Of a DNA stretch of 64,000 bases, positions 1-15,401 are shown piece by piece. Each line of letters opens with the position of its first letter. The first letter of the stretch is position 1. The DNA lies in contig JBODTK010000014.1 of assembly GCA_050613775.1 (NCBI GenBank), forward strand, positions 806,001 to 870,000, in the 5' to 3' direction. Source of the stretch: Neocallimastix sp. 'constans' (Eukaryota). The position numbers were made by a program, and so were the translations under genes. Below the pieces are notes generated by a model. It saw only the letters and a program-made list of their open reading frames with translations. It was not told where the DNA came from and searched no databases.

Positions 1-314
<314 letters not shown>

Positions 315-448
315 AGAAATTTTAGTAAGATCGAAGCAGCGATTGCTATTGTTAGTATTGTTTTCTATGGATTTTCAAATTTTTTTTTTTTTTTTTTTTG
401 TTTTTTGTTTTATTTTTTATTAAAATATAATTTCATTGATATATACAT

Positions 449-491
<43 letters not shown>

Positions 492-993
492 TCAATATAT
501 AAATTGTTTTTAGTTTCATTTATATTTATTTTTATTTATTATTTTTATTTATTTTTATTTATTTTTATTTATTTTTATTTATTTTTATTTATTTTTATTT
601 TTATTTTATTTTATTTACTATTTATTTTATTTTATTTTATTTTACTTTATTTTATTTTATTCTAATTTTTATTTTTGTTATATATGCCTTTTTATATTAT
701 ACATAAACTTTTTTTTGTTTTTTTTATTTATATATATATTTATTTATTTATTTAAATATTAAATTGATACTTGTAATTTTACATATATATATATGTACTT
801 TTTTTTTTTCTTTCTTTTTTTCTTTTTTTTTTTTTTTTTTTTTTTTTATTTTTATACTAAAACTTAAAAAAACTATATATATATATATATATAATATATA
901 TATTAAAAAAAAAAGTTAGGTTGATAATTTTGAAGGCAAAAAAAAATATAATATAAAAAATTTTTTTATAAAGTATAAAAAATAAAAAATAAA

Positions 994-1033
<40 letters not shown>

Positions 1034-2039
1034 ACAATAGAATAGATTCATATCAATAAATAATTAAATATTAAATAAATTGTTTTTAGAATAAAATAAA
1101 ATAAAATAAAATGTTTTCTCTCTTTTTTTTTTTTTTTTTTTTTTTTTAATTATTATTATTATTATTATAATAATAATTGTTAATCATTTATATATAATAT
1201 TTTGTATATATATTTTGTATATAACTAAAATTTAATAAACTTTTTTTTTTTTTTGTTGTTGTTTTAATATTTAAAATATTTTTTATTTAATGAAACAAAT
1301 TTTTAGATTTTTTTTTTTTTTAAAGAAAATAAAAAATTAATAAAAGAAAAAAAAAAAAAAATATATAAAATAAAATAAAAAAAAAAAAGATAAAAGATAA
1401 AAGATAAAAAAGATTATATTTAAAATCAATATAAATATATATATATATTATCTTTTTCTTTTTCTTTTTTCTTTTCTTTTTTCTTTTCTTTTTTTTTTTT
1501 AAAAAAAAAAAAATAATAATAAAAATAATGAATAATGATAAAAAAATATAAAAAATATATATATAATTAATGTATTAAAAAAAAAAACAAAATGTTATTC
1601 TCTTAATTTGCTATAAAAAAATTAATACTTTAAATAAAAAAAAAACTACTATCGAAAAACCTCTTTGAATACCCTTTTTCTATATACCTATACAATAATT
1701 ATTTTTTCTTAAATTCATGAATAACAGATATATTTATTTTCCGTGATGGTGATAGTGACAGTAATTATGGTTGTAAATATTTTGTTCTCATATTTATTAT
1801 ATTATTATTTTGTTAATGATTTTCTGACTATTATTAAAAAAAAAATAATAAAATAAAATAAAATAAAATAACTAATAATTATTATACCTAAATATAGATA
1901 TAGATATTAAATTATATTATAAAACGTTTAAAAATTTTTTTTTTTTACCATTTATTATTACTAATATTATTATTTAATTTTAATATTATTATTTTATCTT
2001 ATTTTATTTTATTTTATCTTATAATAACTTTTTATGATT

Positions 2040-5000
2040 TTATAATTTTTTAGTTCTAATGGATCGTGATAATGCTTTAATATTTTGACTTGAGGAAGAT
2101 GTTGATGGTGTTGCAGATGTATTTGAAGTTGTACCTGGATCAGAAGTGGTAAATGAATCATCTGAAAAGCTAGATGGACTTCTTCGATGGGTATAACTTC
2201 TTCCTCTTTGATAAGCAGATTCATTACCATATTCCATATTATTAATATCATAATTAATATTTGAACCATAGCCTACAAACCCATTCAAAAATCTTAACCA
2301 ACTATCAATTAAGACTTGAAGTATAGCACTTCCAGAACTAGAATAATGATTTAATGTATTACGATATTGATCTAACATAACTTGATTATTCATAATTGTA
2401 TTGGAGGCAAGTATGGAAGATCCATTAACCGAAGATGAAAATATTCCATTATGATTACCTGATGAATCTTCCATCATTTGACTTTGTTTTTCTTTTAAAA
2501 GACTAAAGAGGTCACCTCCTGAATAATTTCCATTATCATCCTTAGTTTCATTCATATTTGGATTTGTGAAAGTTACAGAAGCAGAAGCAGAAGCAGCTGA
2601 GGCTTCAGCTTCTTCCTTTGTAATAATATCACTATCGAAAAGGGTAGTATCATTATAATTAATAGTGTTAGTAGGGGTATCATTTTTGTCTTCTTTATAC
2701 ATTAAAGATAAATCCATTTTATGAGATAATAATTTTTTGGATGTACCAAATAAGGGTTTGTTCTTTAATGAAACTGTAGATTTTGGCATATCAATATTTG
2801 TGGTGGATTTACCCTTGGATTTAGACTTATTTTTAGATTTTGTTTTAGGAGATTCAAAAGAATCTTTACTGGTTGAGGAAGGTGTTACATTGTTTTTATT
2901 GCTACTGGAAACTCCTTCTTTGATTGCATTATTTAAATTTATATTTGCAATTAAAGGAGTAATTGGTGAAGCCATATGAAAATTCTTTATTAAATTATTG
3001 AATTCTTTATTAGTAGTTGAATTTATTGGTATCATAGCATTAGAAATAATAGAAGCATTCATTGGATTTGGCATAAAAAATTTAGTAGTATTTGAAAATG
3101 AACTGGCGTTGTTCTTAGTAGTATCTTGACTATTATCATTATCATTTGTACTAATATCATTACCATTTACATCTTTATCATTAATTTCTTGAATAAAAAT
3201 AGAAGAGGAATAATTATTATTTATTGTACCATTTTTTTTATTCTTTCTATTTTTACTATTACTACTATAGTTGGAATCAGTAATTAAATGAGTACTTTGG
3301 AACTTTGAAAGTTCAAATGCTCTAAAGATGGTATCAAAAGATATTTTACGAATATGTTCCTTAAATAATGGATTTTGTAACAAATTACTTTGTTTTTGAC
3401 TTAGACTTTCTGAAACAAAACGATTCTTACCATTCGCTTTTGTATTAATATTAGTACTGGTATTAGCGGCTACATTATTTGGATTTAAAGTTTGATCCTT
3501 TTCAATCATACTACTTAATTTTTTATAATCAAATAATGGTATATTAGAATGTTTAATTAAAGCCAAAGTTTTTGGATTAGATACACTTAAATAAGTTGAT
3601 CTAGTTCTTGAAAATGATGTATTACTATTATTATTACTATTATTATTATTATTATAATTATTATTATTATTATTATTATTATTATTTAAAATTGAACAAT
3701 TTGATTGATTATTGTCAATACTGGTATCATCAATCATGGAGTCATTTTTATCTATAATATAGGAAATATCATCTGGTTCAATTGATGAAATAGTAAGATC
3801 TAAATCGTTATCAATTTCAATTTTACTATCATCTTTATCATCAGAAATATCTAATTTATTCAAAATATTTTCATTTTCTTTAATGAGATTATCTTTATCT
3901 TTTCCGCTGTTATGAGCTTTATTTTCTAATGAATTACTGTTGTTTTGAATTTCCTCCGAATTCTTAAATTCATTTTCAATAGTATTTATCAATACTTCAT
4001 AACTGTTGACATCATTTTTAAGAATTTGTGGTTTAATAAGTTTTTCAATATTATTATTACCAGCAAAGGATTGATTGGCCTTATCAATCAAGGTGAGAGC
4101 TTCATCATTACTAGAACTGGATTGTTTCCTTCCTATTAAAGAATATGATGATTGATATTGATGATGATAAGGTTGACGTTTTCTAGATAAAAGTTTATTT
4201 CTACTACTAATTACACCTTCTGAACTTGAACGAACAAGAGTACCATCGTTATAAATGTCACTTTCCTTATCATTATCTCTTTTATCATACCAATCTGTAC
4301 TTTCCAATTCAGTATATAAACTCTTTTTACCTAAACCATTCGAACTTATAGTAAGATCTGGATCAGAACTCTGTATACTCTGAGAAGTATTATTAGTACT
4401 ACTGTTGATATTACGTTTAGCCGTGATTACAATAGTATCTGGATCATACATACTTTCTATATCACTTGATTGAACAGATAATTTTCTTTGATATGAAGTA
4501 TTAGATTTTTGATTACCTTCTATTGAATATGGATTTTCCATTACATATTTTTCACTATATTTAATATCTGGTGTATTTATAGATGACATTGATAAATTAT
4601 ATAGTTGAAAATCTAAATTTTGAATTTGCATTCTTTGTTGTTCAATGGTTTGATTTAATTCTTGAATATGATGAGCTTGTGTATCATGTAAATGTTTATA
4701 GTAAAGATAATCTTGCAACTTTTTATCTAATGATTTACACTTATTTTGATACTCCAATTTTTCAACCATTACATTTTCAATATTTTTTTCCAGTTCTTCT
4801 TTTGTACTTTCCATTTTCTTAAGAGAGGCATCTAAACGATTAACTTTACCTAATAAATCTTTTATATATTCTTGATCAATCGTCTCAATTCGATCTAATT
4901 CAGTTGCTTGTCTTTGATTTTCTTTTTTCAATGTTTTCTTTTCCATTTCTAATTTCTTAGCTTTTATCATTAATGACTCTAATTCTTGTTTTAAATCATA

Positions 5001-6071
5001 TACTTCACCGTCTTTTATTAATAAAAGTTTACTATTCTGAATTTGAATATCTTTTACTTCCTCTTTTTTCTTCTCTAATAGATGCTTTAACTCTTCATTA
5101 TGACGTTCTAAAGCACTTAGAGAATTTTCTAAATTTTTAATTTTTTCAAGATATTGATCTTTCAATGAGTTACTGATATCCTCTATATCACTCTCTGATA
5201 ACTCATTTGCTTTTGCTTGTAATGATGGAGAGGAATTTGCAGTTCCATCTAACCTTATCGAAGGTGGTAAGGATAAATTCCTAGCTCCCCTTCTTGATCT
5301 AGGTGGCGTTGGTGAATTATTTCTTGAACGCATCGCTCTATATCTAGGTGAAAGAGGACTTGAACTAGACTGTACAGGTGATGAACGACCTGAATGTACA
5401 GTAGTTAATTGTTCATAACGTTGAAGTTTATTTTGTACATCTTGATTTTGTATAAATAACTCTTCATAAGCCTTTTTCAGTACCGTATTAGCTTCTAATA
5501 ATTGTTGACCAATTTCAGCTGCCAATGATAAATCTAATAAAAAAATAATTAAGTTTATGTAATTTAAAATAAGTAATTCTATATCCAAATACGAAAATAT
5601 ATTAATTGTTTTTAAAAAAAATGAAATATAATAAAATATAATAATATTATAATATAAAATAACATAATATATAATAAAATAAAAACAAAACTAATAATAT
5701 TAAAATAAAATAAAAATTAAATTAAAACAAAAAAAAAACTAATAATATTAAAATAAAATAAAAATTAAAATAAAATAAAATAAAAACTAAATTAAAAAAA
5801 AAAATAAATTTTTTTAGTTTCTTTTAAAAATTAAATGTACAGATTATATTTTAAATTTATATAATCTTTATAATCTTTCATGTTATATAAAATTTTTTTC
5901 TTTTTTTTTACCTCTTTCCTTATCTCGTAAAACAGTTTTAATTTCATCTAAATGATGATTAAGATCATTTTTTGAATATATTTTTTTATCATTATCATCT
6001 CCAGATTTCAAAGAATTAGTTTTTTCTTTGGATTCTGATAAATTTTCTCTTGAACTTGTCATTTTCATCAT
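2040..6071 (-). CDS. ~1217-aa protein with an N-terminal CC1-box/HAP1_N-like coiled coil and a long N/S-rich disordered tail; 2 exons (6071-5912, 5533-2040)
   Basis: A GT..AG intron (5911-5534) joins ...VLRDKER to DLSLAAEIGQQLLEANTVLKK in frame. A long heptad-rich region follows. Confidence 0.85.
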
Positions 6072-6954
6072 TCTCCTTATAATATTGTTTTTATCTTTGA
6101 AATGAATTTATTTTATATTAATTTTATAAATCTTTTTTTTTCTTTTATTTTTACAAATTAAAACGATTTACTATTTATAATATTATGTCAATTTTTTATT
6201 ATCTTATTTTTTCTTTTATCTTTAAATAAGCTTGAAATTCTATTATGAATAAATGATAAATAAATTTATGAAACATAAATAAAAAATTTATAAAAGCAAG
6301 CTTATATTTAAATTTCTTGATTATTTTTCTTATTTTGTTAAATAATACACAATTACTTTACTAATAGTAATTTAAAATGTATTACTTTTATTTTTTTTCT
6401 TCTCTTTCTTCTTTTTTTTAGATTAATATTAAATTTATGAAATTATTTATTACTTTATTTTTAAATTTCAAATTATAATATTTAAGGTAATATATAATTT
6501 ATATAAATTTTAAAACTAAGAGTAATATATAAATCTCAGTCAAAAAAAATAATAATAAAAGAAAGAAAGAAATTGAAAAAAAAAAGAATTCACTTTAATT
6601 TCTAATTTAAAATATATTTACAATTACTTTTTTGAAAAGTAATCTAATATAAATTAATAGAAAATTATTAATTAATTTGAATATGATTATTTTTTACTAA
6701 ATCAATTAATAATATTTATATTCAAGATAAGATATGAAGAATATACTATATATATTTATATATTCTTATTATTTAAAAATACTATGTATTTTTTTTGTTA
6801 ATTTAGATTGTATCTGATTGTTGATTTTAATACTACAGATTAATATATGCTTTTAGTTTTATAATATCACTAATATTTATATATTTAATTTTTAAATGAA
6901 TATTTTTAAAAATATTAGTTTAAAATTAATTTATTATTTTGTTGATTTTTCGCT

Positions 6955-6985
<31 letters not shown>

Positions 6986-7897
6986 GATAAAAGTTTTAGT
7001 ATTTTTATTTTTATTATCTTTTTTTTTTTTTCTTTTTTTTTTTACTTCTTGAATATTTGAATATATTGTATGATATTACTGAGGAAAAAAAATATTCTTT
7101 ATAAAGTTAAATAGATAAATAGATAAATAAATTAATTGAAAAGTTATAATATTATTATTATTTAATTATAATATATTATATAATTATTTTCACGATTATA
7201 TTTAATTTTTATTTTATTTTTATTTCTTTACTTATCACACGCTATTTTTGGATTTTTTCTATTCAAAAATTATATATTTTGCCCTTTTTTTTCCACTGGA
7301 TTTTTAATCTTCCCTTTTCTTCTTTACGTTAGAAGAAAAAAAATAAATTTTTATTTTTTTATTTTTTTTCTTCTTAGCTCCTTTTTTTTTTTCTAATTCT
7401 CTTTTCTTAATATCAAAAAAAAAAGTCTACAATCTTTATTTCCTAAATAAACAAAATTCTACTTTGTAGAATCTACATAAATAATATTAGAAAATATAAA
7501 GTAAAAAGATTCAAAATTTTTAATCTTCAAAATATAAATATTAAAAAAAAATATTAAGAAAAGAGAAAAATACGATATATATAAAATATTAAAAAAAAAA
7601 ATTTTTTTTTCTTTTTTTTTTTTTTTATTTATTTATTAATATGAATATGACCAATTTCTAATTTATTAAAATAAATAGAAAATATATTATTATTATATTC
7701 GTCATATATTATATAATTTAAATATTATACTATTTTAATTTATTTATCTATTTAATTATCTATATATTTATTTATTATTTAATATTATTTAATTAATTTA
7801 TTTGTCTATTTATTAATTAATTAATTAATTATTTATTTATTTATTATTTATTTATTCATTCATTAATTAATTATTATTATTTATTTATTTATTATTC

Positions 7898-7930
<33 letters not shown>

Positions 7931-8330
7931 TTATTTATTTCTATTCTATTAATTTTTTTTTCTTTCAAAAAGAAAATGCATTTAGAACTTAAATTCATAT
8001 AATAATATTCAAATATAATAAATCATATATAATGTCTAGTATATAATATATTAGAATATAAAAACAATATATTACTTATATACTAAATTAAATAAAAAAA
8101 TAAACTAACAATTAAATAAAAATAAATAAATAAATAAATACTAATAATTGCTTTTTTTATTAATAAATTCGTGATTACTAAAAGGATTATTAATAAAATA
8201 ATAATAATTAAGATTATCAATAGCGAAACTAATAATAATACTAAACATCCTAATAATTATCACATTATGATAAATACTAATAAATATTAAGATTATTATT
8301 AATATTTATAATAAATATAAATATACGAAT

Positions 8331-8450
8331 ATTATTAATAATTATAATAAATATACCATTAGTATTAATATTTATAATAAATATACGAATATTATTAATA
8401 TTTATAATAAATATACGATTAGTATTAATAATTATAATAAATATATTATT
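8331..8450. repeat. 30-bp tandem minisatellite, about 4 copies
   Basis: Unit approximately A(T/G)TATTAATA(A/T)TTATAATAAATATAC(G/C)A(A/T)T, repeated head to tail. Confidence 0.75.
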
Positions 8451-8761
8451 ATTAATAATTATTAGATATTACGTAGTCTGTATAGATATAACTAATAATT
8501 TATTCATAGTTAAACAAAACTATCGATATAAGTAGATAGACAGCCCTATTAATTTAATCAAATTGAATGAAATAGAGATACAAAAAAAAATAAAAAAAAT
8601 AAAATAAATAAAAAATTAAACTTGAATAATAAATAACTATGAATATCTTAGATTGTTAATTAGTAATCATTAGTTATAATGTACAAAAAGTGTGAAGTTA
8701 TCCTCATATTTCTAAAACATTTGAAATTATAATCATTATTATACAATTATAATACTATAAC

Positions 8762-8798
<37 letters not shown>

Positions 8799-11389
8799 TA
8801 TTATTTTTTATTATTATTATTATTATTATTATTTATTATTATTTTTATTATTTTTTATTATTAAATTAATTATTTTAATATTTAGTATCTTTATCTTTGA
8901 TTTCTATCATCTGGGAATATAATTAATAATATAGATGGCATAAGTAATAATAATAATGATTAGTTATTACTTATTAGATTGGTATCCGTTGTTGTTGCAA
9001 TGGATAACCAATAGAGATGGCATAAATCAAGCACCACAATAACGAAAAAAAAAAAAAAAAGTGCCTTAACGCTGCCTACCAGAAAAAGAAAAAAATAAAA
9101 AAAATTTTTTTATTTTATTCTATTCTATTTACTTTTCATTATATATTGTAATGTAGTGTAATATATATATTATTTTTTTACATATAAAAATTTTTATTTT
9201 TAATTTATTTGGCTATTTCTAATTTTATGGATAAAAAAACCAATAAAATAATATATTTAATAAATACCTTTAGTATAGTATTAGTATATATATTATATAT
9301 TATTTAATTCTTATGTACTATTCATTATATATTTATTATATAACAGCTTAAATTAAAATTTTCAATTTAAATTTAATATAAATTATTGTAAAAGAATTTA
9401 TTTATTACTTTATATTATAATATATTAGTAATATATTAGAAAAGTTCTATTTTCTTTCAATCGATTAAATAACTGCAAAAAAAAAATAAATTAATAATTG
9501 TACTCTTTTTTATGGTTCAATATAATATTTATATATAATTTTATATATAAAGAATTTGAATATATTATTTTGTTACACAAAGTGAAAATAGTTTAAAAAA
9601 TATATATAAATTAATCCATATTAAATTCTTCATTTATTATCAATTTATTATTAATATATGTAATTTAATATAAAAATAGGATTTAATTTAATTCGGAAGG
9701 ATATAATAATTTTCGCTTAACAAAAAAAATTTAATAAAAATTAAAAAATAGTATATATAATATATTTGTAATATATTGATTTTTTATATTTCAATATAAA
9801 TTAATATATTATGAAATCTAATAAACTATTAAAATTCATTATAATCCTAACCTTCCATATTCAATATTTATATTTTAATATTTTATATTTTATATTTAAA
9901 TTTTTTATAGTATAATTAAATTCTCATTATTGATTAATAATTAATAATATTTAATACTAATTAATAAGAATTAACAATTATATTTAATTATAATTAATAA
10001 TGAATAATTATCATTATATTTAATAATTATAATATATGATTATGATATTTAATGAAGGTTAATGAGGGTTGTTATTCAGCATTTGTATATTTGTATATAG
10101 GGATTCTACACACCTTCCTTTTTAATATATATTTATTTTTTCATGTTAAATTTAATAAAGATGGAGTGGAAATCACTCAAAGGCATATATAAAGTTTGTA
10201 TTATTATGGCTTTATTATAGTTATTAATAAAAGTTTTATTGCTTTATTTTTATTTATTTGGTAACGACAAGCATTTACTGTTATATCAGTGTACCTTATT
10301 TGAAGTTTTAATTATAAATTAATACTTTTATTTTAAAAAAAAAAAAAAAGTACTTTTATTAAAATAAAGAAAATTATTTATATTTATATATTTAACCATT
10401 ATATTTAACTATTATATATTTTCATTTAATAAATAAAAATAAAAAAAAAAAAAAAAAGTTATATCTAATTTATTATTTTTATTCATGAAGTAATATTAAG
10501 TTACTTCATATAATATAATATATACTTTTGTGCGTTATTGCTTCTAAATTAGCTTGACCCCGAGCTTTGTTTAATGAGTGTATTATTACTTCTCCCTTTC
10601 TTACTATTGCATCCATTATCAAATATCTATCTATTTTGTCAAGCCTTTATAAATAATGAAAATATACAACCTTTTTTGAAAACCAAAAATTTTATAAAAT
10701 ATAAATATAATTATAATAATAATAATGATAAGAAGAAAAAGAAAAAGAAGACCAAAAGTCAACAATAAATGGAGTTATTATTTAATAAATTATTTTTTTA
10801 AAATATATAAATAAATAAAAAAAATTTTTTTTTAAAGCATAAATCTTGGATAAGAAATTAATAAGGAAAAATTAATTATTATTTTTTTTTTCTATAAAAA
10901 TCTATATTAAAAGGTGTTATGTCATACTCTAAAAAAAAAAAAAAAAAGTCATCTTTATTTATTTAATATTAGCAATCTTTTTTAAACTATTTATATATAA
11001 AAATACATAAAAAATACATAATTATTATATATTTAATATGAAAATGGATTATCTTTTTTTTTAATAATAAATAATAAATAATAAATAATAAATAATTGAA
11101 TAATAAATAATAAATAATAAATAATAAATAATAAATAATAAATAATAAATAATAAATAATTGAATAATAAATAATAAATAATAAATAATAAATAATAAAT
11201 AATAAATAATAAATAATAAATAATAAATAATAAATAATAAATAATAAATAATAAATAATAAATAATAAATAATAAATAATTAATAGTAATAGTAATAATA
11301 AATAATAATAGTAATAATAGTAATAATAAATAGTAATAATAAATAAATAAATGAGTAATAATGATAATAAATATTAATAATAATAAATC

Positions 11390-11945
11390 TGATTTGATCT
11401 TGCCCTTTAACCATTTTCCGTTTTCCTCATAAGAGGTTTTTACGAATATGGTGGTTAGGATTAAAGATAAGTATTTCCCTTTCATATATATATAATATAT
11501 ATTTATATATAAGATACTGTCCTAACTGTAGGACTGAGAGGGTTGTGCAAGTACTATCATTCAATATATTTATGAGGAAATTCCTAATATATATCTATAT
11601 GTACATATCATATGTCCATGTAGATATATTCTACTAAAGAATAATCTTTCTGGCTAATATGTAATTTCCATAGTATGCATCTTATTGGGTTAGGTTAAAT
11701 TAGTCTCTCCTCAAAAGAAAGTTAGGAATTAGAGTGGTACTCCGAGAAAAAGCCTACTAGAAAATTATAAGCAATAATATGCATGTCAGAGCACCAATGC
11801 TGAACACTCAGTAAGGCCGTCCGTGGGGAACAATATCTTACTATGCGAATGCATACGAAGGTATTGTGCTTTTCTCAATATTTACATGCCCTCGAGGGAA
11901 GAGGGGCTAAAAATAAAGGTGGTACACACCGAAAGTTATAAAAAA
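11390..11945 (+). mobile_element. Degenerate 3' end of a probable non-LTR retroelement (family A, copy 1)
   Basis: GC-richer island with a CPNC remnant near 11518. Positions 11715-11945 align with the reverse complement of 44295-44590 (shared AGCAATAATATGyATGTCAGAGCAyCAATGCTGAA, AAGGyCGTCC, CTCAATATT, TACACACC). Confidence 0.6.
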
Positions 11946-13046
11946 TATATATATATATATAGTACATAATAATAATAAATAATGATAATAATATAATAGT
12001 AATGGTAATGGTAATATAATAATATAAATAATAATACTAATAAGAATAATAAATAATATATGGTTATATGAATTTATATCGGTTTGAATTTTATATTATA
12101 TTTTTAGTTACATATAAATATTCAAATATTATTATTTATACTGTTTATGAATTGATATTTTCATCTTTATCATTAACATTGTATATATAAATAGGAATAA
12201 TAATATATAATATCAATAAAAGAGTATCAATAATTATACATATTCAATATTAAAACAATGTTTAAATTAACTTTTTTTTTTTTTTTAAAAAAAATATTAA
12301 AACAATGTTTAAATTAAATTTTTTTTTTTATTTTTTTTTTCTTAAAAAATATTAAAACTATTACATATAATTAACTTTAAAAAAAAAAAAAAAGCTTTAT
12401 TCATATGTTTTATATCATAATCATAATAATATATTAATGCTTAACAATAAAATAGGATTTATTTTTTAAAATATATATTTTTTCTTGTTTTTATAGATAA
12501 ATATTTTTATTTATAATATATTCAAATATGATTATAATATTCATATATTAAACAAGTCATCAGTCCTATTTAAATAATGCTAAATAAGCCAATCTATATT
12601 AAAATTTTAAATGGTTCATCAAATTAATAGGCAAATCTTTATTAAAATTTTTGATTTTCCTGTATTATTTAAATAAAACTAATTAATTTTAATTTTAATT
12701 TTAATTTTTATTTTTTCACCATGGAAATAAACAAAATCCACATAAAATTTTTATAATATTTAATAAATAAGTAATATTTATATCATCTTTTTTTTTTTTA
12801 TTTAATTTAATTAATAATTAAATGGTAAATACTTTATTTAAAAACAACGTCTTTTCTTTCTTTCATTATGAAATTTAACATATAAACATTTATTTTTATT
12901 TTTTTATATTTATTTTTTAGTTTATTTTATTATTATTTTATTTTATATTATTTATTTTTTATTTTTTTTTTTATTTTATTTTATATTTTATATTATATAT
13001 TTTATATTTTATATTTTATATTTTATATTTTATATTTTATATTTTA

Positions 13047-13090
<44 letters not shown>

Positions 13091-13366
13091 TTTCTTTTAA
13101 AATATAAAGATATAATATTTAATAAAAAAAATAAAAAAAAAAAAAAAAAAAAAAAATAAAAATAAAAATAAAAATAAATAAATTAATAAATTTCTATATT
13201 AGTATTAAATATTATAAATTGTGTATACAATTATTATGACATAAAAAATCGTATATATTATATAACATACAATTATCGTATATATTATATAAATATTGGT
13301 AAGTCTTAAATTTTTTTTATATTTTATTGTTTATATGTTAAAGAAAAACTACATATATTATACTGT

Positions 13367-13438
<72 letters not shown>

Positions 13439-13678
13439 TATAATCTTTAAATTTGAATTCGAATTTAATTTTTTAAATATTCATAGCTTCATATATTACT
13501 AGTACACTAATGGAAATCATGTTAATAGAATTAATACTATAGAATTAATGTTGGAATCGATGTCAATATTGATAATAAACTTAATACTGGAATTATCAGC
13601 TCAAGGTTTTTTTCTGCTAATCGGTCTATTAATGATGTTGTTTCTATTAGGAGGATCAATGAATGAATCGATTAGAAA

Positions 13679-14015
13679 TTGTATTGGTAATCATATTAAT
13701 GATATTAAAACTTAGGTTTCTTTAAGCTGAAAAGTTAGTAGTGAAGGTTTTATAGTAATGGTAATAATATGATGATAGTAAAATAAGTTGTATCGGTAAT
13801 CATATTAAATGATATTATTAATGATACTTCAAGTTAAAAAGTTTCTAGTGAAGATTTTATAGTAATGGTAATGATATGATGATATAATGATAGTAAAAGA
13901 AGTTGTATTGATAATCATATTAATTGATATTATAAATAATACTTTAGGTTAAAAAGTTTGTAGTAAAGATTTTATAGTAATGGTTATGATAGGATAATGG
14001 TGAACTAAAGAAGTT
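13679..14015. repeat. Three diverged tandem copies of a ~110-115-bp unit
   Basis: Units start TTGTATyGrTAATCATATTAA at about 13679, 13788 and 13903, and each contains AAGrTTTTATAGTAATGGT. Confidence 0.8.
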
Positions 14016-14297
14016 TCTATAATGATATATATTGAAGAAGATATATACATAATAATAATGTATATAGTAATTATATGAATTATTCATATAGAAATAATGA
14101 AAATTGATATTGAATTAGGAGTAGAAGATTTAAAAGCACATGACTATTTGGAACTATCCAGCTCTTCTGAATTCTCTGATTCTTTAACTCCATATTCTAA
14201 TTATTATTATTGTGTAAATATATATATACACATAATTAAAATAGTTCATCAATATCATTTAAATCATTAATAAGATCTTTACCAGTAGTATAATCAT

Positions 14298-14335
<38 letters not shown>

Positions 14336-15244
14336 GAATCCATTATCAAATAGTAGTACTCGATCAATAATTCCTAAATTTTTTTTTTATTGCTAAATAA
14401 CAACAATAATAATAATCAAACCATAAAAATTTAGGATTGAATACATATTTCTATTAATCGAATGGAGGAAACCCCGAATAATGATTATACTGTTGAATAT
14501 GAATATGTCATATAAAAAAAATATTATTTAAGATATAATAAGGCATTTAAATATGTTATTCGGAATTCATTAGGAATAATGAAATACTTAAATTAATTAG
14601 ACAAAGATAATATAAATAATAAGTAATAGATAAATTATATTAATTGATAAATCAATATTTCAAAATAATAACAAATTGTAGTAAAATTCTCTAAAATAAG
14701 ACACCATAATTATTTAAAAAATAATATTTTTGGTCTTATATTTTTAAAGTTTCTTCAAAAAATTTATTCATACATTTATAAATTGAATTAATTAATAATT
14801 ATATAATTAATAAGTTTTTGTTATCAATTTTATATTTAAAGTATGACTTAATTTTAATTATTTTTACAAATATATTTTTATTTATTTAAAATTATGATTA
14901 TATATTTCAATATTATTTATTATTTATTATTTATTATTTAATTATTAATATTTAATATTTATTATTCAACTATATACAATTTATTTAATTATTATTTATT
15001 ATTCATTTATTTATTATTATTTATTATTTAATTATATAATTATTATTTATTTATTTATTGTTTATTGATTAAATTATTATAATTATTATTATAATTTTAA
15101 TAGAAATAACTAGAATTATTCTTAATTATTCTTAAATAAACAAAATTAATAATTATAAAAATAAAATTGAAAATAGGATTTAATTAATAATCATTGGTCA
15201 ATCATTTTAAAAAAAATTTTTATTTTTTATTTATTTATTTATTT

Positions 15245-15275
<31 letters not shown>

Positions 15276-15401
15276 TTTTTTTTTTTTAATATTTTATTTT
15301 TATTTTTTTTTTTTATTTTTGTGTAAATAATTAAAAATTTAAACTTGATATTTTTATTAATAATATTATAGTAATTATTAAAAGAAAATTAAGAATAAAA
15401 A

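Noticed and set aside
405..1051. F/I/Y/L-rich ORFs here and many similar ones (11033, 13296, 28434-29065, 29850, 34513, 48796, 50184-50863, 52520)
   Set aside because: They are translations of poly(T), (TA)n and (TTA)n microsatellites with no coding-like composition.
5534..5588. Track start of the 1182-aa ORF (MDIELLILNY...)
   Set aside because: It is a TTG start inside the intron. The real N-terminus comes from the exon at 6071-5912.
10520..10660. Minus-strand open stretch LDKIDRYLIMDAIVRKGEVIIHSLNKARGQANLEAITHK and nearby GC-richer patches at 10050-10310
   Set aside because: Looks coding but I could not assign a family or join it to other exons.
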